Assembly: GCA_031269345.1 (NCBI GenBank)
Contig: JAISZH010000031.1
Coordinates: forward strand, 370-64,369
Direction: 5' to 3'
Source of the DNA: Desulfovibrio sp.
Lineage (GTDB): Bacteria; Desulfobacterota; Desulfovibrionia; Desulfovibrionales; Desulfovibrionaceae
DNA length: 64,000 nucleotides
Made by a program: the position numbers and the translations under genes. Positions 54,476 to 64,000 of this stretch are shown piece by piece. Under the pieces are notes generated by a model. It was given only the letters and a program-made list of their open reading frames with translations, had not been told where the DNA came from and did no database searches. Every line of letters starts with the position of its first letter. Within the stretch, counting starts at the first letter, position 1.

Positions 54476-54664
54476 AGCCTTTCCTTTTAGGTTCGTGTTT
54501 CTGGCCCTCAGGCGACTATGCCCCGGAGGCCTTGATATCAGTCCGCAGCGGACGCCCTGACCGGGTCCGCGTACCCGGGCCAGGGCCTGGAACGCATGGC
54601 CCTGGCCGGTCGTATTGCCTCATTGGTTCTTCTTCGGCAGTCGGTCTGGACTGTGCCGAAAAAT

Positions 54665-54687
54665 GAAATGATATAGTATTGCATTTA
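54665..54687. promoter_or_regulatory. Candidate Zur box GAAATGATATAGTATTGCATTTA
   Basis: Matches 18/23 positions of the proteobacterial Zur consensus GAAATGTTATAWTATAACATTTC as I recall it. It is an imperfect palindrome lying between the argC stop and the zrgA start. Confidence 0.55.
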
Positions 54688-54789
54688 TGTCAAGTCAAAT
54701 TCCGGCCGGACATACGGGTATGGAGAACTTGTTGTCTTCGCCGCTTACCACGCGGAAAATAAGGTAGCCTTCAAGGAAGTACCCTGGTG

Positions 54790-55860
54790 TCAGGGCGTCA
54801 GGGCGGGCATAAACAGGCCGGTGCCCAACTCAAGGCCCAGCATCAAATTGGCGTTGGCCACCGCCTGTCCGGATGCGCCCCGGCACAGGTTGTCGATGCA
54901 CGCGACCAGCAGAAGCCGGCCCGCGCGCTGATCCACGACCACGCCTATGTCACAGAACATTGTGCCCCGCACGTTGCGCATCTCCGGCAACTCACCGGCA
55001 GGCAGCACACGCACGAAAGGATGCCCGGCGTAAACCTCGGAGTAAACCTCAAGCGCCTGCTCCAAGGTGAGGCGCTTATCCTTGAGGCTTGCATAGATTG
55101 TAGCCAGGATTCCCCTGTTCACGGGCAAAAGATGCGGAGTAAAGGTGACCGCCAGCTTCTTTGCGGCGATCGACGAAAGCTCCTGCTCAATTTCCGGAGT
55201 ATGCCGATGGACAACAGGACTGTAGGCCTTGAAGCCGCCGCTGATCTCACAGAAAAGCGAACCGGGTTTCAATTCGCGCCCGGCACCGCTTACCCCGGAT
55301 TTTGCGTCTATAATCAGCCCGTCTTCTTCCACCAGATTGCGCTGCAAAGCCGGGTAAATCCCCAAGATGGAGGCAGTGGGGTAACAGCCGGGGTTTGCCG
55401 TCAGGCGGGCGGCCGCGATACGCGGCCCATAGAGTTCTGGCAGACCGTAAACGGCTTCGACCAACAATTCAGGCGCCTTATGCCCGGTTCCATACCAGGA
55501 CTCGTAAACCGAAGCCTCGCGCAGGCGGAAATCAGCGGACAAATCCACTACCTTGCAACCCCTGCGCAGCAAATCCGCTCCAAGGGTCATGGCGGTTCCG
55601 TGCGGAACGGCAAGAAAGACAAGCTCACAGGCCGAAGCCAGATCTTCGGGGTCCGGAGGAGAAATTACCAGTTCTCCGCAGGCAAAACCCCGCAAAAATG
55701 GATGAAGGCCGCCAAGCTTCCGCTTTTCCTCCTTGCGCGAGGTGACGCGGACAAGGCGCATGGCAGGATGCACGGATAAAAGGCGCGCAAGTTCCATGCC
55801 CGTGTAGCCGGTAACGCCCACCAGTCCTACCGTGAATTTTTTTTTCTGTTCAGCCGCCAT
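54790..55860 (-). CDS. argC: N-acetyl-gamma-glutamyl-phosphate reductase
   Basis: VGLVGVTGYTGMEL NAD-binding start, catalytic-Cys region ANPGCYPT, and an AGPR C-terminal domain. The start may be 55872 or 55860. Confidence 0.93.
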   Translation of the reverse strand: MAAEQKKKFTVGLVGVTGYTGMELARLLSVHPAMRLVRVTSRKEEKRKLGGLHPFLRGFACGELVISPPDPEDLASACELVFLAVPHGTAMTLGADLLRRGCKVVDLSADFRLREASVYESWYGTGHKAPELLVEAVYGLPELYGPRIAAARLTANPGCYPTASILGIYPALQRNLVEEDGLIIDAKSGVSGAGRELKPGSLFCEISGGFKAYSPVVHRHTPEIEQELSSIAAKKLAVTFTPHLLPVNRGILATIYASLKDKRLTLEQALEVYSEVYAGHPFVRVLPAGELPEMRNVRGTMFCDIGVVVDQRAGRLLLVACIDNLCRGASGQAVANANLMLGLELGTGLFMPALTP

Positions 55861-55879
55861 ATCCGTTCCCAAAGCGCAG

Positions 55880-56149
55880 CTATTTCTTTTTGATTACGAA
55901 TTTCATGCGCAATTCGTAAAGCAGTCCGTCAAGCAGACGTTTTTCCTCTTCATCCAGGCCGCTCTCAGTTTTTAGCTTGAGCATTGACAACGTGTCAATG
56001 CTGTGCCGCGCAAGTTCAATATCCTCGTGGGTCTCGCCGCTTGCCGGGTCCGGAACCTCACCGAGCTGCACCATGGCGGCAGAGGCCAGGGATAGCACAA
56101 AGGTGGAAAAGGTGGGCACAGGCATGCGCCCTTGCGGGTTGTCGCTCAT
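55880..56149 (-). CDS. DUF1844-like small protein
   Basis: 89 aa with the pattern FSTFVLSLASAAMVQLGEVPDP.. ..DLELARHSIDTLSMLKLKT.G.L...E..LL..LLYELRM, typical of that family as I recall it. Confidence 0.6.
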   Translation of the reverse strand: MSDNPQGRMPVPTFSTFVLSLASAAMVQLGEVPDPASGETHEDIELARHSIDTLSMLKLKTESGLDEEEKRLLDGLLYELRMKFVIKKK

Positions 56150-57342
56150 AAGACGTTCCGGGGCTGAATTTTCATGGTTTCCGGCACTCCCTCGTCCAAA
56201 GCGTGCCAGTAAGCGTCCAAGGCCTGCTCAAGATAGTTGCGGCAGCCAAGATAGCCTCCGCAGGCATGAAAGGAACGCACAAAAGCGTGCAATCCCGCGG
56301 CAAGGTCCGCATAATCCACATATCCCATGTGGCCGATGCGCACAATGCGCGATTTGAAAGCCCCACCCTGTCCGGCGGCCATGATCACCCCGCACTTATC
56401 CGCCGCCACCGCCAGGAGGCTGGCGGCGTCCATCCCGTCCGGCAACAGCACGGAAGTCAGCCCCCAAGCGTAGGCGTCCCTGGCAAAAAGCTCAAGGCCG
56501 AGGGCCGAGATGCCGGTTCTGGCCATTTGCGCAAGCGCCCACTGTTTGCGGTAGATATTGTCAAGGCCCGAAGAAAGCAGAAGACGCAAAGATTCGCGCA
56601 AACCCAGGATCAAACTTACGGGAGAAGTGAAATTGGTCTGATTCTTCCCGTTTTCCTCCCGTTCCTTCAGCAGGTTGAAATAATAATTTCCCGGAGGGAC
56701 GCTCTCCGCTTTCTCCCAGGCGCGTTTTGACAGGGAGATGAAGGAAAGCCCGGGGGGCAGCATCAAACCCTTTTGCGAACCGGTAAGCAGGCAGTCAACG
56801 CCCCAGGCGTCCATGGGGCAGGGAACGACGGACACCGCCGAGATGCCGTCGACAACCAGGAGGACGCCACGGCGACGCGCAAGCGCGGCCAGCTCCCGCA
56901 CCGGGTGCAGGGCGCCGGTGGAGGTTTCCGAATACTGCACCAGCACTCCGCTGATTTCCGCGTCTTTGTCCAGGGCGGCATCTACGTCTTCAACGGACAC
57001 GGCCTCGCCCCACTTCACACTGATCGGCAGGGGAACGATTTTATGCGTCCGGCAGATCTGCGTCCAGCGTTCGCCGAACACACCCCCCTCCACCACCAGC
57101 ACCTTCTCTCCCGGAGCGAAAAGCGCGCAGACCGCAGCGACCATGGCTCCGGTTCCGGAGGCGCTCAGGGGCAGCACCGGCATGGAAGTTCCGAAGAGCT
57201 CGCCTAATCCTGCGCGCACTTCTGCCATAACTTCCTTGAAAGCGGCCTTGCGGTGGTGGATCATGTCAACGGCCATAGCCAGACGCACCTGTTCCGGCAT
57301 GGGCGTGGGACCTGGAGTGAGAAGGCGCCGCCTGTTCAGCAT
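56146..57342 (-). CDS. Class V pyridoxal-phosphate aminotransferase (serine-pyruvate/AGXT/SerC-like)
   Basis: LLTPGPTPMP start and a GSQKGLMLPPG PLP-lysine motif. Confidence 0.85.
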   Translation of the reverse strand: MLNRRRLLTPGPTPMPEQVRLAMAVDMIHHRKAAFKEVMAEVRAGLGELFGTSMPVLPLSASGTGAMVAAVCALFAPGEKVLVVEGGVFGERWTQICRTHKIVPLPISVKWGEAVSVEDVDAALDKDAEISGVLVQYSETSTGALHPVRELAALARRRGVLLVVDGISAVSVVPCPMDAWGVDCLLTGSQKGLMLPPGLSFISLSKRAWEKAESVPPGNYYFNLLKEREENGKNQTNFTSPVSLILGLRESLRLLLSSGLDNIYRKQWALAQMARTGISALGLELFARDAYAWGLTSVLLPDGMDAASLLAVAADKCGVIMAAGQGGAFKSRIVRIGHMGYVDYADLAAGLHAFVRSFHACGGYLGCRNYLEQALDAYWHALDEGVPETMKIQPRNVL

Positions 57343-57348
57343 GGCCTT

Positions 57349-58398
57349 TTACCTGTTCCAGGGATCAGGTCCGCCAAAGTCATCGTCCTGCCCGTCAATA
57401 TCCGGCGGCAAATCATGATGGCCCGCTTTTTCCTGGCTCCGCCCGGGATAAATGACGACCCGTCGCTGCATACCGTCGCCCTTGCTGCGCGTAAGCACCT
57501 CCGCGTCGTTTTCCAGAGCCAGATGCACGATGCGCCGCTGGTAAGCATTCAAAGGCCGGGTGGAAGCGGGACGCCCTCCGGATTTGACGCGCCCGGCCAA
57601 AGACAGGGCCAGTTCACGAAGCTTCTCGTCACGCCGTTCCAGATAGTGATCGGCGTCGACATGCAGACGCACAAAACCCCCGACCGCGCGGCTGACTATG
57701 CGACCGGCCAGGTATTGCAAAGCGGTCATGGTCTGGCCCTCCCGCCCGACCAAAAGTCCCGCGTCATCGCCGCATTCCAGACAGACGCGCACCCTGCGAT
57801 CCGCAATTTCCACGCGGCAATCCAACTGCCCGACAATCGGCTCCGCAAGACGCATGACCACGGATTTTACCAAAGCCACGAGTTCCTTGTCATCCGCCCC
57901 GGCGAGGTCAAATTCGACCATATCCTCGGCTGCGCCCGCCTCAAGCGGGGCATGCCCGCGCACGGTGGAGTCTTCGCCTGCGCCGGGGCGCAGCCGTTGG
58001 CTCTGCTCACGGGTTTCCACGCACGCAGGCGTTTCGGCGGACGATGCCTCGCCTGCCCCGGAGCTTTTCTCAACCCGTCGTTTTCCCCCGGGTACCGCGT
58101 TTCCCGGCTCAGCCGCCTCCGCTTTCGCCACAGGGGCGGACATTTGTTTTTCCTTTGTCGTCGCGGGCGCTTGCGCCTTTTTGCCGTCTTCAAGCAGGGC
58201 GCTCACCGTCTCCTGAAGCAGAAGGGCGCGGGCGGCGCGAATTTCCGCCTTCTTCGCACCCACAAGGCCGAAAATGCCGGTTTTGGCGTCATTGAGTATC
58301 TCTATTTCCAGCTTTTCCCTGGGCACCCCGTAATACCGGCAGGCCTCCAAAATGGCTTCGTCAAGCGTTTTTCCCTGAAATTCCTTATAGTTGGTCAT
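57349..58398 (-). CDS. jag: Jag/KhpB-type RNA-binding protein (Jag_N, KH and R3H domains)
   Basis: Jag_N start (YKEFQGKTLDEAILEACRYYGVPREKLEIEIL), an Ala/Glu-rich linker, a KH-like region and a C-terminal R3H (LNAYQRRIVHLAL). Located downstream of yidC. Confidence 0.85.
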   Translation of the reverse strand: MTNYKEFQGKTLDEAILEACRYYGVPREKLEIEILNDAKTGIFGLVGAKKAEIRAARALLLQETVSALLEDGKKAQAPATTKEKQMSAPVAKAEAAEPGNAVPGGKRRVEKSSGAGEASSAETPACVETREQSQRLRPGAGEDSTVRGHAPLEAGAAEDMVEFDLAGADDKELVALVKSVVMRLAEPIVGQLDCRVEIADRRVRVCLECGDDAGLLVGREGQTMTALQYLAGRIVSRAVGGFVRLHVDADHYLERRDEKLRELALSLAGRVKSGGRPASTRPLNAYQRRIVHLALENDAEVLTRSKGDGMQRRVVIYPGRSQEKAGHHDLPPDIDGQDDDFGGPDPWNR

Positions 58399-58656
58399 TT
58401 GATCCTCGGGAAGATTTTTGCTGAACGGTTCAGGTATTCCTCCAGATATCTTCCGTAACCGGCCTGTCTGCGGCCGGACCGGAAAAAACCGCGCCATGTC
58501 CCATTTTCAAGACAAAATTGTTTGCCGCGATTTTGCCCCGACAGCTACGGCAAAACTGCGCCACCACCGTGAAATGCTTCGCATTCCAAAACTATATCCT
58601 GTCGTACCGGTCCGCTTCCATCAGCAAATGACAGAAATTTCCGTCTGGAAACGGAA

Positions 58657-60351
58657 TCAGGCCCGGCGCAGCTGCCACCACTGCTGAGCTATGGAAATCA
58701 GGTTGTTCACCAGCCAGTACACCACCAGACCGGAGGGGAAACTGAGGAACAGCACGGTGAATATCAGGGGCATCAACATCATTATCCTGGCCTGGGTGGG
58801 ATCCCCGGAGGCCGGGGTCATTTTTTGCTGCAAAAACATGCTCGCGCCCATGACCAGCGGCGTAATCAAATAGGGATCGGCAGAGGCGAGGTCCGCAAGC
58901 CAAGGCAAATCGGTAAAGGGCAAGGTAGCAATAAAAGGCGCGTGCCGCAACTCTATCGCATTGAGCAGACCTTGATAAAGACCAAAAAATACTGGTATTT
59001 GCACGACAATGGGCAGACAGCCGCCGGCCGGGTTGACCTTGTAGGTTTTATAAAGCTGCATGACCTCACGGTTCATGGCCTCTTTGTCGTCTTTGTGTTT
59101 TTCCCGTATTTTTGTCATCATGGGCTGAAGTTGCTTGAGCTTGTTCATGGAGCGGTAGCTTTTCTGCGACAGGGGCCAGAAAAGCGCCTTGATCACAATG
59201 GTCAGAAGGATGATCGCCAGCCCGTAGTTGCTGGTGAACCCGTAAAAAAAGCCCAGCAACTGCACCAGAGGCCGCGCGATTACAGAGAAAAATCCGTAAT
59301 CAAGGGCGCTGGACAGGTTGTTCGGAGTATTCTGAAGCTGTCCGGTTTCCTTGGGGCCGATGAAGTACACGCTGTTCAATTCAGTGCGGACATCGGGCGC
59401 AAGCTCCACGCCAGTCCTGCCCACCAGCACATGGTACACCCCGCCGAGCATGCGTCCCTTGGCCCCGGCGGCGGCGCCATCCATGCTCACGGCCCCCATG
59501 AAATAGTTGTTCATCACGCCCATCCAGGAAACATTGCTCTGGATGAGAACGCCTTTGGCCAGATCCGCCGCCGATGTCTCTTCATCAAATTTGCCGTTTT
59601 CAAACCAAGCCACGCGGGTCGGGTTATACTGGCTCTCTTCCGGCTCGGGCGCCTGGCCGCCCATCACGGCGTAGCGCAGCGTGGAGAAAATTGACGTTTT
59701 GCGATCCGTGTCCAAGGCAGCCGCGCCAAAGGTAAAAGCCACGTTTACGGCCCTTTGCCGGACCGAGGAAAGAAACAGCCGCTCCCCGATGGCATAGCTT
59801 TTTCCGGAAAAGGTCAGTTCCCGGATTATGTCGATCCCGTCGACTTCGGCATGAAAACGCAAAATACCTTCATCAGTTTCCCCAAGGAGCAGGTCTCCGC
59901 CTTCAAAGCTCCATTTCGGCCCGGACCAGGTGGAAAGCCCGTCCAGAATAAGGCCCAGAGGCGCCTGTCCGGCGGCCTGTTCGTTCACCAGATCGACCAG
60001 TGGAGAATCCGCGGCTATGCTCGTGCGGTATCTCATCAGGGAGAAGCTGCGCAACACGCCCCCGCCGCTGTGGAAAACAGCCTTGTAGAGCGGGGTCTGC
60101 ACCCGGATGAAGCGGCCTTCTTCTTCAATTCCCGGCTTCACTGCCGGCTCGGCCCTAACGGAAGACGGAGCGGCTCCCTGCCCGGGATCCGGAGGCGGTC
60201 CTTCAGCCGGGGACTTTCCCGCCGTGGGGCCGGGAGCGTCACCAGCGGGCGGCGCCTTCGCCACCCAGCCCATTTCCTGGGAGAGGTATCCCCAGCCGAG
60301 AAAGATTGCGATGGTAAGAGCAAAGGCCAAAGCCAGACGTTTGTTGTCCAT
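58657..60351 (-). CDS. yidC: Membrane protein insertase YidC
   Basis: N-terminal TM helix, a large periplasmic domain and a conserved 60-kDa IMP core (LAIILLTIVIKALFWPL..NPAGGCLPIVVQIPVFFGLY). Confidence 0.95.
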   Translation of the reverse strand: MDNKRLALAFALTIAIFLGWGYLSQEMGWVAKAPPAGDAPGPTAGKSPAEGPPPDPGQGAAPSSVRAEPAVKPGIEEEGRFIRVQTPLYKAVFHSGGGVLRSFSLMRYRTSIAADSPLVDLVNEQAAGQAPLGLILDGLSTWSGPKWSFEGGDLLLGETDEGILRFHAEVDGIDIIRELTFSGKSYAIGERLFLSSVRQRAVNVAFTFGAAALDTDRKTSIFSTLRYAVMGGQAPEPEESQYNPTRVAWFENGKFDEETSAADLAKGVLIQSNVSWMGVMNNYFMGAVSMDGAAAGAKGRMLGGVYHVLVGRTGVELAPDVRTELNSVYFIGPKETGQLQNTPNNLSSALDYGFFSVIARPLVQLLGFFYGFTSNYGLAIILLTIVIKALFWPLSQKSYRSMNKLKQLQPMMTKIREKHKDDKEAMNREVMQLYKTYKVNPAGGCLPIVVQIPVFFGLYQGLLNAIELRHAPFIATLPFTDLPWLADLASADPYLITPLVMGASMFLQQKMTPASGDPTQARIMMLMPLIFTVLFLSFPSGLVVYWLVNNLISIAQQWWQLRRA

Positions 60352-60353
60352 AA

Positions 60354-60629
60354 TTATTTCTGCATCAGTTGCTGTGGGTTTGGCGGCACAGGGTCATAGC
60401 CGCCTTTGGCCAAAGGGCTGCAACGCAAAATGCGCCATGCCGCCAGCATCCCTCCTCTGACCGGTCCGTGACGCAAAACCGCTTCCTCGGCGTACTCCGA
60501 ACAGGAAGGATAAAAGCGGCAGCAGGGCGGTAGAAGAGGCGAGACAAAAAGCCTGTAGAGCCGGATGGGGGAAAGGATGACCGCGCTTGCCGCGCTGGCG
60601 GCCATGCGGATAAAACCGGCTCTGTCCAT
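60354..60629 (-). CDS. yidD: Membrane protein insertion efficiency factor YidD
   Basis: [34 protein letters not shown] motif. The start may lie internally at 60605. Confidence 0.9.
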   Translation of the reverse strand: MDRAGFIRMAASAASAVILSPIRLYRLFVSPLLPPCCRFYPSCSEYAEEAVLRHGPVRGGMLAAWRILRCSPLAKGGYDPVPPNPQQLMQK

Positions 60630-60632
60630 AAA

Positions 60633-60989
60633 TTATCCTGCGGCGGAAGCGCGAAGGCCGAGCAAAGGGAGAAGCTCATCGCGCACCGCGCAGAGCGCAA
60701 GCGCTCGCGGCACAAGACAACGCTTCGGGACTACGACGTAATCGCGTCCCGGACAGATGCCGGACTGCTCCAGGCGAAAAAATTCCCGTATCAGTCTGCG
60801 CGTCCTGTTGCGCCAAACAGCGGAGCCGCTTTTTTTGGTAACGGCCATACCCAGACGCCACGGCAGATCCGGCTTTTCTCTGCGTAGCGCAAAAACGACA
60901 AAAGAACGGGAAAAGATGCGTCTGCCGGAAGCATAACAACGCAAAAATTCTTTCCGCTCAGTCAGGCGGCGTTCCGGAGCGAATTTCAA
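60633..60989 (-). CDS. rnpA: Ribonuclease P protein component
   Basis: Basic ~118-aa protein (..[25 protein letters not shown]..) lying between rpmH and yidD. TTG start overlapping the rpmH stop. Confidence 0.88.
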   Translation of the reverse strand: MKFAPERRLTERKEFLRCYASGRRIFSRSFVVFALRREKPDLPWRLGMAVTKKSGSAVWRNRTRRLIREFFRLEQSGICPGRDYVVVPKRCLVPRALALCAVRDELLPLLGLRASAAG

Positions 60990-61120
60990 ACCGTTAATTT
61001 TTTACGCCCCTTGGCGCGCCTGCGCCTTAAAATATCCCGGCCCGCGGCCGTACTCATGCGCGCGCGAAAGCCATGTGTCCGCTTGCGCTTGATGCGGCTC
61101 GGCTGATATGTTCTCTTCAT
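60986..61120 (-). CDS. rpmH: 50S ribosomal protein L34
   Basis: Hand translation gives [55 protein letters not shown]. It is too short for the supplied ORF track. Confidence 0.95.
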   Translation of the reverse strand: MKRTYQPSRIKRKRTHGFRARMSTAAGRDILRRRRAKGRKKLTV

Positions 61121-61292
61121 GGTCCGTCTCCTTCATAAACTCTGGCATAACGGTAAAATATAAGCTGTCGCTTTTATCTGTTTCACAAACGCCAGTCAAG
61201 TTTTTTCCCGGAGCCTGCCGTCGGCAGGCAAAAGCGGACTGGACTTGAACTCAACTGTAATGTATATGTATGCATACAGTAAGGAGTGTTTG

Positions 61293-61826
61293 GTGTACAG
61301 CCCTGAACAATTCATCGTTTACCCCGCCCAGGGCGTGGGTGTGATCGAAGGCCTTGAACGACGCGAAATATGCGGACAGGAGACGGAATTTTACATCATC
61401 CGCATTTTCGCCAACAATATCCGTATGATGGTCCCGGTAAAAAACGCCGCTTCCCTGGGTCTGCGCAAGCCGTGCAGCCCGGAGGAGGCGGACGAGGTGC
61501 TGGCAGCGCTCCAGGATCGCAGCACCTTCGTCGGTTATTCGGGACAGAACTGGAACCGGCGCTACCGCGAATATTCGGAACGCATCAAGAGCCGCTCCCT
61601 TCTGGACGTGTGTTTTGTGCTGAAGGAACTGATCCTGATCAGCGCAGGCAAGGAACTCTCCTTCGGCGAACGCAGGCTGCTGGAACAGGCCATGGGCATA
61701 GTCACCTCGGAACTGTCCTTCGTCCTGAACAAAAAAAACGCCGAAATGAAAACTTTTATCGAAAATTTTTTCGCGGATATCCTTTTTAAAGAAAAAAAAC
61801 CCGCCGGACCCCTTGCCAGGGATTGA
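61293..61826 (+). CDS. carD: CarD/CdnL-family RNA polymerase-binding transcription factor
   Basis: CarD_TRCF N-domain (VYPAQGVGVIEGLERREI.GQ...FYIIRI) and a C-terminal helical domain (NWNRRYREY). The GTG at 61293 lies 6 nt behind AAGGAG. Confidence 0.87.
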   Translation: MYSPEQFIVYPAQGVGVIEGLERREICGQETEFYIIRIFANNIRMMVPVKNAASLGLRKPCSPEEADEVLAALQDRSTFVGYSGQNWNRRYREYSERIKSRSLLDVCFVLKELILISAGKELSFGERRLLEQAMGIVTSELSFVLNKKNAEMKTFIENFFADILFKEKKPAGPLARD

Positions 61827-62133
61827 AACTTGCGCTACATTTCCCGCGTTCATTGCAGCGGAACATCCATTACGGTCTTTCCGCCGATCCGCCCCTGTCT
61901 TGTCGCCGGCGCGCAAAACGCGCGGGCTTGAGTTTCCCCGACAGTTCGTTCATTTTTGTATATTATGCCGAACTCCTGCATTTCCCTGAGTCTGTATCCG
62001 GGCCACTGCCGGGTTACGCACTCGACATCCATTGCGGAAAAATCCGGAACGCGGCAGACAAAAAAGGCCGCGAGCGACCGGGTCACGGAAAAAATACCAG
62101 CCACTCCTACCACCATCTCTTTCTGAGGAACGC

Positions 62134-63384
62134 ATGAATTTATCAGAACTTAAGGTCAAGTCCATGCCGGAACTTATGACCCTGGCGGAAACCTTCAATG
62201 TGGAAAACGCCAGTTCCATGCGCAAGCAGGAACTGATCTTCTCCCTCCTGCAGAACTGTTCATCACAAAACGGCGCCATATACGGTGACGGGGTGCTGGA
62301 GATTCTTCCGGACGGGTTCGGCTTTCTGCGTTCCCCCCTGTGCAGCTATATGCCGGGTCCGGACGATATCTACGTTTCTCCATCTCAGATACGACGTTTC
62401 GGCTTGAGAAAAGGCGACATCGTATCCGGGCAGATCCGTCCCCCCAAGGAAGGCGAGCGCTATTTCGCCCTGCTCAAGGTCAACGAAATCGGCATGGAAC
62501 CGCCGGCCAACGCCAAAAACCTCGTCCTTTTCGACAACCTGACCCCACTTTTCCCGGATCGCAAGCTGCGCATGGAAAACGGGGAAACGGCATACTCCGG
62601 CCGGGTCTTAGACCTGATGTCGCCGGTGGGCTGCGGACAGCGCGGCATTATCGTCGCCCCGCCCCGCACCGGCAAAACCATCCTCCTGCAGTCGCTCGCC
62701 AACGCCATCAACGCCAACAATCCGCAAATCTACCTGATCGTGCTGCTGATAGACGAACGCCCGGAAGAAGTGACGGACATGGAGCGCACGGTCAAAAACG
62801 CCGAAGTCATATCCTCCACCTTTGACGAGCCGCCCCAACGGCACGTGCAGGTCTGTGAAATGGTTCTGGAAAAAGCCAAACGTCTGGTGGAACGCAAGCT
62901 CGACGTGGTTATCCTTCTGGATTCCCTTACCCGCCTGGGCCGCGCTTACAACGCCGTCACCCCTTCCTCCGGCCGCGTCCTGACCGGCGGGCTTGACGCC
63001 AACGCCCTGCAACGCCCGAAACGCTTTTTCGGAGCGGCGCGCAACATAGAAGAAGGCGGCAGCCTGACCATAATCGCCACCGCGCTCATCGACACCGGAT
63101 CACGCATGGATGAGGTGATTTTTGAAGAGTTCAAAGGAACCGGCAATATGGAGATCTACCTTGACCGGCATCTGGCGGAAAAACGCGTGTTCCCGGCCAT
63201 GGACATCAACCGCAGCGGCACGCGCAAAGAAGAATTGCTCTTCTCGGAGGAGGTGCTGAACCGCGTCTGGATCCTGCGCAAAATTCTCGCTCCCATGTCG
63301 CCCATCGACAGCATGGAATTTCTTCTGGACAAGATGCGGGGAACAAAAAGCAACGCGGAATTCCTTAACGTCATGAACAAATAG
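62134..63384 (+). CDS. rho: Transcription termination factor Rho
   Basis: [18 protein letters not shown].. N-terminal domain, RNA-binding OB region, Walker [18 protein letters not shown] and a RecA-like core. GAGGAA RBS. A ~300-nt leader follows carD. Confidence 0.97.
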   Translation: MNLSELKVKSMPELMTLAETFNVENASSMRKQELIFSLLQNCSSQNGAIYGDGVLEILPDGFGFLRSPLCSYMPGPDDIYVSPSQIRRFGLRKGDIVSGQIRPPKEGERYFALLKVNEIGMEPPANAKNLVLFDNLTPLFPDRKLRMENGETAYSGRVLDLMSPVGCGQRGIIVAPPRTGKTILLQSLANAINANNPQIYLIVLLIDERPEEVTDMERTVKNAEVISSTFDEPPQRHVQVCEMVLEKAKRLVERKLDVVILLDSLTRLGRAYNAVTPSSGRVLTGGLDANALQRPKRFFGAARNIEEGGSLTIIATALIDTGSRMDEVIFEEFKGTGNMEIYLDRHLAEKRVFPAMDINRSGTRKEELLFSEEVLNRVWILRKILAPMSPIDSMEFLLDKMRGTKSNAEFLNVMNK

Positions 63385-63519
63385 GCGTCGCTGCCGGGCA
63401 GAAAGGAACGGTCAGGCGCGAATTTTTGGAGTTTCACCCCGTCCCCTCCGGGGGAACCTCCCCTTTGGATCTTCACCGCGCCATTGGCTTTTTGGCGAGA
63501 AAACCACTGATCTGGTACC

Positions 63520-63897
63520 ATGTCCGAAAAAAACGAAAAACTCTCCGCGTATATTGCCCTTTTACGGGAGAGGCACGGGGACATCCGCGCGCTTGAGGAA
63601 AAAGCCCTGGCGGCGCTGGATGAAGACGTGGAAACTTACCGCCGGCTCATGGCAGAGCGGGCGGAGCGCATCGCCGGCCTGGCTGACGCGGCGGTCGAGT
63701 TGCGCCGGGAACTGCCGGAAACGGCCCGCCTGCACGTGGAGGCGGCCCTGCGCCGCTTTTCCGCATACGCGCGCGAAGCTCTGCGCCTCAAGTCCGTCTT
63801 TTATATGTCCGCCCTGCTCTATCCGGACACGCACAGACCTGGAGGGGAGGACAACCTGCAAAAGCTGATTGCGGACCTGGAAAAGCAAACAGGATAG
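63520..63897 (+). CDS. Hypothetical helical protein (125 aa)
   Basis: ORF with coding-like composition. No recognisable motifs. Confidence 0.4.
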   Translation: MSEKNEKLSAYIALLRERHGDIRALEEKALAALDEDVETYRRLMAERAERIAGLADAAVELRRELPETARLHVEAALRRFSAYAREALRLKSVFYMSALLYPDTHRPGGEDNLQKLIADLEKQTG

Positions 63898-63905
63898 AAA
63901 ACCGA

Positions 63906-64000
63906 ATGATCCGGATCCTGCTCCTGGCCTTTTCCCTTGCCGCCTTTGTTTCTCCCCTTTCCGGCGCGGCTGCGGGCCGGGACAAGCCGTCCTCCAAAAT
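63906..64000 (+). CDS. 5' end of a gene encoding a protein with a signal peptide (MIRILLLAFSLAAFVSPLSGAAAG..), truncated by the window
   Basis: ATG at 63906. The hydrophobic leader was read by hand translation. Confidence 0.35.
   Translation, partial: MIRILLLAFSLAAFVSPLSGAAAGRDKPSSK

Overview
This is a GC-rich chromosomal segment that looks like a sulfate- or sulfite-reducing Desulfovibrionaceae (Desulfovibrio/Bilophila-like) genome. The taxon call is inferred from gene content only, mainly dsrKJOP and a glycyl radical sulfonate-type locus.

Left to right, the window contains:
- a degraded integrase fragment next to tRNA-Pro(CGG);
- a chemosensory operon: cheB, a HEAT-repeat protein, cheR, a ParA-like ATPase, a CheW-domain protein, cheY and a multi-Hpt cheA;
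- a sigma-54-driven gene of unknown function;
- a family-5 ABC binding protein and rel/spoT, then hsp20;
- dsrKJOP with no dsrM;
- ilvC and ruvAB;
- a strikingly AT-rich region upstream of a dnaA-family gene;
- nadBAC, mgtE, ilvE, an orphan rod-like protein, a DsbD-like protein, and metG carrying an in-frame duplication of its KMSKS loop;
- a PSP1/RicT-like gene and an exported nitroreductase-fold protein;
- a nine-gene accessory locus (39.1-49.8 kb);
- a Zur-linked zrgABCD-like zinc uptake operon;
- argC, a class V aminotransferase, jag-yidC-yidD-rnpA-rpmH, carD and rho.

The most interesting part is the 39.1-49.8 kb locus. It combines an IslA-like glycyl radical enzyme and its activase with a TauE/TSUP permease, an amidohydrolase-fold protein that lacks the HxH motif, and a 2-permease/2-ATPase NitT/TauT-type ABC importer.

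The second notable feature is at least five families of structured 40-170 bp repeats (A-E). They occur in mosaic clusters, some inside operons, and two E copies bracket the GRE locus as direct repeats.

All calls come from reading the translations and DNA by eye. No alignments or searches were run. Start codons were refined from RBS context and are less certain than stops. Most long ORFs antisense to the listed genes are treated as GC-rich shadow ORFs.
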